From Caecitellus pseudoparvulus (lineage: Eukaryota; Protista; Bigyra: Bicosoecida): a stretch of DNA of 64,000 bases. The position numbers and the translations under genes are program-made. Where the stretch lies: assembly GCA_965644315.1 (NCBI GenBank), contig CBFFRQ010000038.1, positions 62,001-126,000 of the forward strand, in the 5' to 3' direction. Within the stretch, counting starts at the first letter, position 1. Each line of letters opens with the position of its first letter. Under the pieces are notes generated by a model. The model had not been told where the DNA came from, did not search any database, and saw nothing but the letters and a program-made list of their open reading frames with translations. Shown here one piece after another: positions 57,379-64,000 of this stretch.

Positions 57379-58119
57379 ATGGAGGACCGGGAGCCATGTC
57401 CCTGGCGCATCATTGATGACTGCGGCAGCGCCTTTATGTTTGGTACGGCGCCCAGGGACGGAGTGTAGCTGTCCGCGTGCCACAAGTCCGCACTTCATAT
57501 TCCGATGCGAACGCAGGCGCGTTGGGCGGCAGCGTGTGGCACTTCTTCAAGGGCGCCAAGAATGCGCCAAAAGGACTCGGATACCGAATGAGTGGCGCCT
57601 TCCAGGGCGTCGTGAACCGTGCCCCTGCCCTCGGCGGTGCGTGGCAGCGTCAGCCTTGTGCTGGTGTATTACGGCGGTGCACGGCCCCCCACCCCGCCAC
57701 GCACAGGTAGTTTCGCCGTGTGGGGTGTGCTGTTCTCCGTCTTTGACTGCTCCCTGGCCGCTGTGCGGCGGGTGGAGGACCCTTGGAACCCCATCCTCGC
57801 TGGCGCCGCCACCGGCGGCATGCTGGCAGCCCGAGCGGGAGTCAAGGCCATCGCTCGCAACGCCATTGCCGGCGGCGTCATCCTGGCCCTCATCGAGGGC
57901 CTGCAGATCGTGCTCATGAAGCAGATGTCCAAGGTGCAGCTGGCCCAGATGAAGGCGCAGGCGGAGGCCATGGGCCAGGAGTTCAAGCTGCCGGACGAGG
58001 ATACGCTGGAGCCCCCCGTGCCCCCCCCCACCTGGACCTCGGCGGGCACGCTGGCGTCGGCGGCGTCCGAAGACACCTTCGACTCCGCCCTGGCGGTCAG
58101 TGACGGAGAGCTGCGCTAG
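57379..58119 (+). CDS. TIM17: Mitochondrial inner membrane translocase subunit Tim17
   Basis: Introns 57443-57516 and 57637-57706. REPCPWRIIDDCGSAFMFG, KGAKNAP, RAPALGGSFAVWG..FDC..VRRVEDPWNPILAGAATGG. Confidence 0.95.
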
Positions 58120-59204
58120 GCCACAGGTGGCCGACTGAGGCGGGCCAGGGTGGCAGCGGGCAGGTCCCACTTGGTCCCTGACGGGGGCGGGCCCAGCCAC
58201 TGCAGCACGATAGTCCATACGAGGGCGGTGGCACACGTAGTGCTACTGCGGGCAGGCCCCGCCAAGGCTGCGCTGAGGGTTTCGATGGGCCTGCGGCACA
58301 CCCGTGCAAGGGGCGCGAGACACAGGCGCCGCCACACGCTGCGGACGGCGCTGAGTCGACCGCAGCCACTTGTGGCGGCAGCTGACTCGGAGTCAAGGTC
58401 GATGCGGAGGAACGTCTCCAGCACCACGCGGCACAAACGGCGCCCCTGGGCCACCCCCCCACCACCCCCCTCCAATGCAAAGTTCACCCATGGAGCTTGC
58501 AAGGCGGACGAACACCACGCCAGCGGAGGGCTGGGCCCACCCCCCGCCACGCCAGGCACGCTGCACTGCGCAACCGCCTCTGCATCCGCCCCAGCCAGCA
58601 GCAGCACCAACACGACACCCGGCCTGCCGTACTGGCAAGCCTTGTGCAGGGGGGTCTGCCCACCCACCCCAGCGGCGTGCGGGTCCCAGTGCCCACGCAG
58701 CAGCTGCCACGCCACCTGCGCTGTACAGGCGACGTGGAGGGGCGTCTGCCCCCCCCAGCTCCTGCTCTGCTCCTGCCCAGCAGCCGCGGCTGCCTGCACC
58801 AGCGGAGCGACGCACTGTGGCGACCGCGCAGCAGCGACGAACAGGGGACTGCGTCGCATGGTGCCCAGCACGTCGCGGCAGGCGACCACAAGGTCGCGTG
58901 CCTGCAGTCCTCGCAGGGCTGCGGGGGGCACACCTGCGTCCAACAGCGCCGTTTCCGCCCGGCGAGGGTGCCGGCCCAGCAGCTGTGCTGCGCTGGGAAA
59001 CGCACTTGCGTCGTTGGCCACGGCTGCGCATTGGGGCTGGGCCAGCAGCAGCTTCAACGTAGCGACGTCCCCTCGCATCACTGCAGCCATGACATCTTCA
59101 GGCGTGGCGCGCTGCACCGCCTCCGCCTGCACGAAGGCATAGTCTGCGGAAACTGGTTCGCTCGGCCCAGCACCTGCGCACGCATCGCCCTTGCACCCGC
59201 TCAT
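58116..59204 (-). CDS. Ankyrin-repeat protein
   Basis: AVMRGDV, SPLFVAA, GQTPLHVAC, GQTPLHKACQYG..LLLAGAD. Confidence 0.8.
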   Translation of the reverse strand: MSGCKGDACAGAGPSEPVSADYAFVQAEAVQRATPEDVMAAVMRGDVATLKLLLAQPQCAAVANDASAFPSAAQLLGRHPRRAETALLDAGVPPAALRGLQARDLVVACRDVLGTMRRSPLFVAAARSPQCVAPLVQAAAAAGQEQSRSWGGQTPLHVACTAQVAWQLLRGHWDPHAAGVGGQTPLHKACQYGRPGVVLVLLLAGADAEAVAQCSVPGVAGGGPSPPLAWCSSALQAPWVNFALEGGGGGVAQGRRLCRVVLETFLRIDLDSESAAATSGCGRLSAVRSVWRRLCLAPLARVCRRPIETLSAALAGPARSSTTCATALVWTIVLQWLGPPPSGTKWDLPAATLARLSRPPVA

Positions 59205-59493
59205 TCCGATGCCCCACGAGCCAAAACGCAGAGGGTGTGTGTGTTTACAATCCAATGATACTAAGGATGGAGGTCTTCCCTTTCCGGCTTCAGCACTGGC
59301 CTCGTTACGGCCCGTGGTGAGGGTCTGTGTCGCGGGCTTGCCGCGCGGAATTTGACGCTTCACTGCCGTTGACACACCAGGCACACTGCACAACCCCACG
59401 CGCACTCAGAAGGCTGAAATCCGGGAATCCTATTCAACATAGCTGGATTTCCGCTCCAGTAGTACCTTTCCGGCTTCCAACCCCCCAATTGAC

Positions 59494-62400
59494 ATGGCAT
59501 TCCTGGCTGCAGGTGCGGAGCAGTCGCCGCGATCCAGGCCCACCGCCCCACGCCGCTCCACGCGCTCCCCTGCACCACACGGCAGACTTGGCTGTTTGCC
59601 GCGGACAGTGGGACCTCGTCGCAGACTTGGTCGCTGAGACTGTCACGTCGAAGCAGTGGACACGTCTGACTCGCCCGAGCAGCTCTCCGGCAGCTGGCCC
59701 GCAGCAACTTGATGCGCGCGGCGTGGCAGCCCACCAGTACGCTGCCCAGGTGGCGGCCACACAAGGCCAGCACCTTGCTGGACGCAGGCTGTGAGTGCGG
59801 CTGCGCAAGCTGTGTTCTCCATGCGCTCCCCACGCCCGCTCCCTCCTGCCCAGGCTGCGACGAGTGCAAGCGGCAGCGAGGTCAGCTGAGTGTGACCCGC
59901 GCACTGTTGCGTTGCCGGCAGTCACACACGCGGCAGCCACACTCGCTCAGCTGGAGTCAAATCGCGAAAAGAAGCTGTCTATCCTCTCTGGCGCCAGTCG
60001 CCGGGTGGACACCTTCCTGCGCACAGCCTTGGCTTCTGCGGAAAAACCCAACGCCGAGCTGTTGCTGCTGAGCTCCTTCGCCGCCTTGCGCCTGGACCTG
60101 GCCTGGGCCTCCGCAGCCTGTGCCCCGGAATCCGGTCCTTCGGGACTGGAAAGCAGCCCTGCCGCTGGTCATGCCTGGGCAACGCGCTTTCTGGAGGCTG
60201 GGCGGCGCCTGGGCAGCGTGCTGTTGCGCAGCGCAGACTGCGACGTGCTCCACGCAGCCTGCGCCCTGCACGCCCCACGCCACGAAGCACCCGCCTCTCC
60301 AAACCATGAGCACCCTGCATTCTTTGCTGCACAGCGTGTCCATGCCGCTCCCTGGATCGCTCTGGGTTCAGGCCAATCTGAGGCGGGGCTCGCGCTACGG
60401 GAAACGACAGGCGCCAACGGGAGCACCCTGCTGTCCCCGCCGCCGCCGCCTGCCCAGTACGCCGTGCAGGGCATGCTTGCCTCCATGCAACTGCCATCTG
60501 CACTGCTGTCTGCCAGCCGTGCCACTCCACACACCGTCGGGTCCACGTTGCGTCACACACACCGCAGCGCGCAGCAGGAGCAAAGCACCACTTCGCTGCA
60601 AGCAGGCAGCGCCACCCCCACCGCCACCAAGCTGGCCTTCGGCACGACCGTTCCACTGGGTGCGCCAGGTAGCTCGCCTGGCCTTCGTAGCACCGCCATG
60701 GCAAGGGACAGGGATGGATGGCTCGTAGAGGTGCCCACGCCGACGCACACGTCACCGCCCGCACTGCGCGCCGCGACAGCGCGCGTGGAGGTGTTTCGGC
60801 AGTGGCTGCTGCGCCATCCCGAGCAGGCAAGGCCAGAGGACTGGGCCCTCTTGCAAGCTGCACAGCAGGGCAGCGTGGCACTCTCGCAGCCTGGCATGAT
60901 GTCCCGGCTGTTGCAGGCAGAGGAGGAAGGTGGCGGTTTTTGCGAGCAGGCAGATGGCACGCTGGACGGCCTGAGCACGGAGCTGGCCTCTCACTCAACA
61001 GGCCCACTCCCTGTCCACAGTGGCACCCTGCAGGGCGCGCCGCATGAGTGGGCTGACCCGGATGCCGTCTCGCTCCCGTCCCAAGCAGCTGGGCGCATTC
61101 GAGAGGGGCCAGGCTTGTCAGCAAGGCAGGTCGCGCGGGCGCTGCGGTATGACCACCACGTGAGCTGCGCGCCCGACGCCCCAGTCGTACAGGTCCATGT
61201 TGAGGGCCTGTGTGATGCTCTGGCGCGCAGCCCGGAGCAGAACCCGGCGGCCTGGCTGCACGCAACAACGCTGTGGTGGCTTGCGACGGCGGACTGCGAC
61301 CTGGACGTCACAGCACTGCGAGGCACACATGTTGAGCTGCAGGACGCTGGTGCAGTGCTGGGTTGCTTGCCATGGAGCCACGTGCACGCCTTGCGCCAGC
61401 ATGACTGTTCGTTCGTCCGTTTCTCCCTGCTTGGCGTTCCGTCACCCCGCACACTTCTGGCGCTGCTTGCCTGTGCCGAGTTCCGCGCCGGGCTGGGCTG
61501 CCGGCCAGTTGGCAAGTCTGTGCCGTGGCACGCGACTTCTGAGCCCTCCGGGCTCCTGGCAGCCGCAGACATGCTGTCCTCTGGCCTCAAGGCGCTGCTG
61601 CCAGCCCTGCTGTGTGTTCCGGTAACACCGGCCGGTAGTGCACATGCTGACGAGACCCTTGTGCAGCTCACCCTCGCGCTGCACATGACAGAGAGGGCAG
61701 CTGCGTGGCTCGCCGCCGCTGGGGTGGGGTGCAACTTGCGCCTGCGCGTGCTGCAAGTGGCCCTTGCCCAGATGCTGCAGCAGGTCCGCCCCGCCCCTCA
61801 CTGGCTCGGCAGCGAGCCGTTCCAGCTGCACCTCCAACTTTCAATGCTCAGGGCCTGTTTGGACTTGGCTGCCGCCTGTGTGGAGGATGGAGGGCAGTGT
61901 GAAGCTAGTTATGAGTCTTGCACGCCAGCCCTGCACCTGCTTCGCGGCGCAGTTGACGCGGGGCTGGCCGCGCAGGACACTCTGCCAGGAACTGCGGCGT
62001 GCAAGCCCTGGCAGCCTGCATTCCTGGAGCTCTTGCTCCAGAATCAACCGGCATTTGGATTGGTCGATGCGCTGGATGTGCAGTGTTTCTTGGCAGCGGC
62101 ATGGTTCCACTCTGCAGCTGAACAGCACGATCCAAAGGCATGGCTTCGCGCAAAGCGTGGTGAACTGAACTCTGCTGCCGTTGAGTTGACGCAACTAGCA
62201 GCCGTGCTTGGCCTGCTTGCGGTGCAACAAGCCGATGATATTCAAGACGAGTGGCCGGACAAGTCCACTTTGCTGCGGAACGCGGCAGCGGCGGCAACTG
62301 CGGCAGCTGAGCGCTTGGCGTTGCGTCAGCAGGGTGCTCAAGGGCTTGCAGGCCAAGACCAAGCAAGTGAGCCCAGTGCAGAGTACGGGGTGCAGTGTGT

Positions 62401-64000
62401 CGCCTCTGCCTTGAAAAAGTTGCAGAGCCATGTCTGGCAGCGTGCGGCGCGTGCAGCGGGAGTTCTGGATCAAGTAGATCAATCCGGTGCAGAACCACGG
62501 GGTTTGATGTCTCCTGACAGCCTGGGACCACGCACGCCAGCTCACCGTGAGGACTCTATGCCTGAACTTGAAGATGATGGGACTTCCCGGCCATTGTGGG
62601 CACTGCGCCGAGCTGCCAGTGCAGTCCTCCAACTGAGCAGCTTGCCCTCCGCTGCTGAACTCGGCCGACTGCCCTGCTCGCCACACTTACTGCGCGCATT
62701 GCGCAGCATGATCCAGTTGCGAGGGCGCGTCGCAGAGCAACAAGGGGCGAACGTGCCTCCACTCATCACGCAGAGCCGTGCGCTGGACGTGGCTTCAGGC
62801 CGCATGGTCCCCACTCCGTACAGCACGAAGCTTGCGTGGCTCAGCGGCGCATTCGTAGAGAGCCGCATGGGGCACCTCCTCGTATCAGGACACGCAGATG
62901 CCGTCATTCTTGAAGGTGTCTATGTTCTGGAGAGCTTGGACGCAGCCTTGCCGGGTCTGCTGGGGTTGCAGGAGCACGCTGAAGCGGCTCTGCGGCGCCT
63001 TCGGCGTGCTTGCCCCTGCCGCCTGCCTGCATCGCGGCAAGAAGCGACGAGGGAGAAACTCCTACTCCTGGGCCAAGCTCCATTCAAATACTGTAACATT
63101 GACCTTGGTCCTTGGCATGCTGCCACTGTGCGCGACCACGTGATGCGCCTCGGGCTGCGCAGTATTCCTGCCGAAAGCGCCCAACTGGGCCGCCAGAGCG
63201 AGACTGGAGCGCTCGCGAGGCAGTCCATTCCGAAGCGCATTGCAGGTCTCTCAGCGGAACGTGTGCTTGGGGCAACCATGGGACAGCTGCAGCGGGCAGC
63301 GTCAATGCGAAGGGCCGAGAGAGTCACATCTGCTGGAGCATCCCGCGTCTCTGCACGTGCGTCAGGCGCCCTCACTGTGCCCACATCGACGAACAGCAGC
63401 GCCGAAGCGCAGCCGTCAGAAGGTGCACACATGGAAGCTAAAGGGCCTTTCCTTTCTTCAAGATCCCTCGAGTTCGAAGCTCCGGAGAAAGAGGATGTGG
63501 GTCGCTCTGACCTTGCCGCCCTACAGGTCGCTGCTGAAGTGGTGCAGCAACTTAACGAAGCATGGGGCCCCGGCCACACCGACATTCGCCCTACTGCCAG
63601 TTCAACACAGGGGGGCGCATGCAGTGCCTGGCAACTGCTCTACGTTCCTCACTTTTGCACTGCGAGTGCTGTAGAGTCTGATGACGCCAGCCACCCTGCC
63701 GTTCGGGCGTGGGCCTGGGCGAAGACGCAGCCAGTCGGCACACCAGAAGCGCAGCGCCTGGCACGTGTTCTCGCAGCAATTGGCACAGCTCTATCGCACG
63801 TAGGGGTCGGACGCGAAGGAGACGCTCTGCGCTCGGAAGCAGTCGCCTGCGCTGCCTTGGTCTGCTTAGGAGCCGCCGTGGTGCTGCTCGGCAAGCGAGC
63901 AGAGACAGATCAATGTCAAACGCAGCAGGAGGCTGGCGTTCAGTTGGAGGTGGCATCCCTGCACCACCAAATCACACGCGTCCTTTTGACTTTCGAGCCG
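59494..64000 (+). CDS. Large (>1400 aa) Ala/Leu-rich protein, 3'-truncated by the window edge; absent from the ORF track
   Basis: ATG 59494; introns 59513-59585 and 59791-59853. Frame +2 showed no stop in the parts I translated (~59855-60560 and 62162-64000), and the track lists no closed ORF in that frame. Confidence 0.75.

Noticed and set aside
1090-59853. Introns as an introner/transposon family
   Set aside because: Lengths are similar, but the introns I compared share no sequence or terminal repeats.

Overview
This is a gene-dense, GC-rich eukaryotic nuclear window. The CDPK, plant-type ABCG and Cys-rich multi-pass surface protein suggest a protist, probably a heterotrophic stramenopile-like flagellate (inference). 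I can support about 24 protein-coding genes, most with 1-2 short GT-AG introns (63-110 nt, mostly ~70) placed near the 5' end. Recognisable genes: aspartic protease (5'-truncated), ALG10, GCP5, a ~3000-aa Cys-rich repeat multi-pass surface protein, NOL/NYC1-like SDR, two ankyrin proteins, a kinesin with a C-terminal chromodomain, a SAM methyltransferase, Timeless, LC8-type dynein light chain, CDPK, a CudA/STAT-like putative transcription factor, stomatin-like protein 2, a degenerate TBC + HAD 5'-nucleotidase fusion, CitE-like lyase, ABCG with a large ectodomain, CCR4/nocturnin-type EEP, SMU1, TIM17, and a >1400-aa gene absent from the ORF track that runs off the 3' end. I recognised no rRNA, tRNA, CRISPR array or intact mobile element. 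The best novelty candidates are the kinesin-chromodomain fusion, the pseudo-RabGAP/5'-nucleotidase fusion, the membrane-anchored chlorophyll b reductase-like SDR, and the recently expanded repeat surface receptor. All splice models were read by eye and all family calls rest on recalled motifs, not searches.
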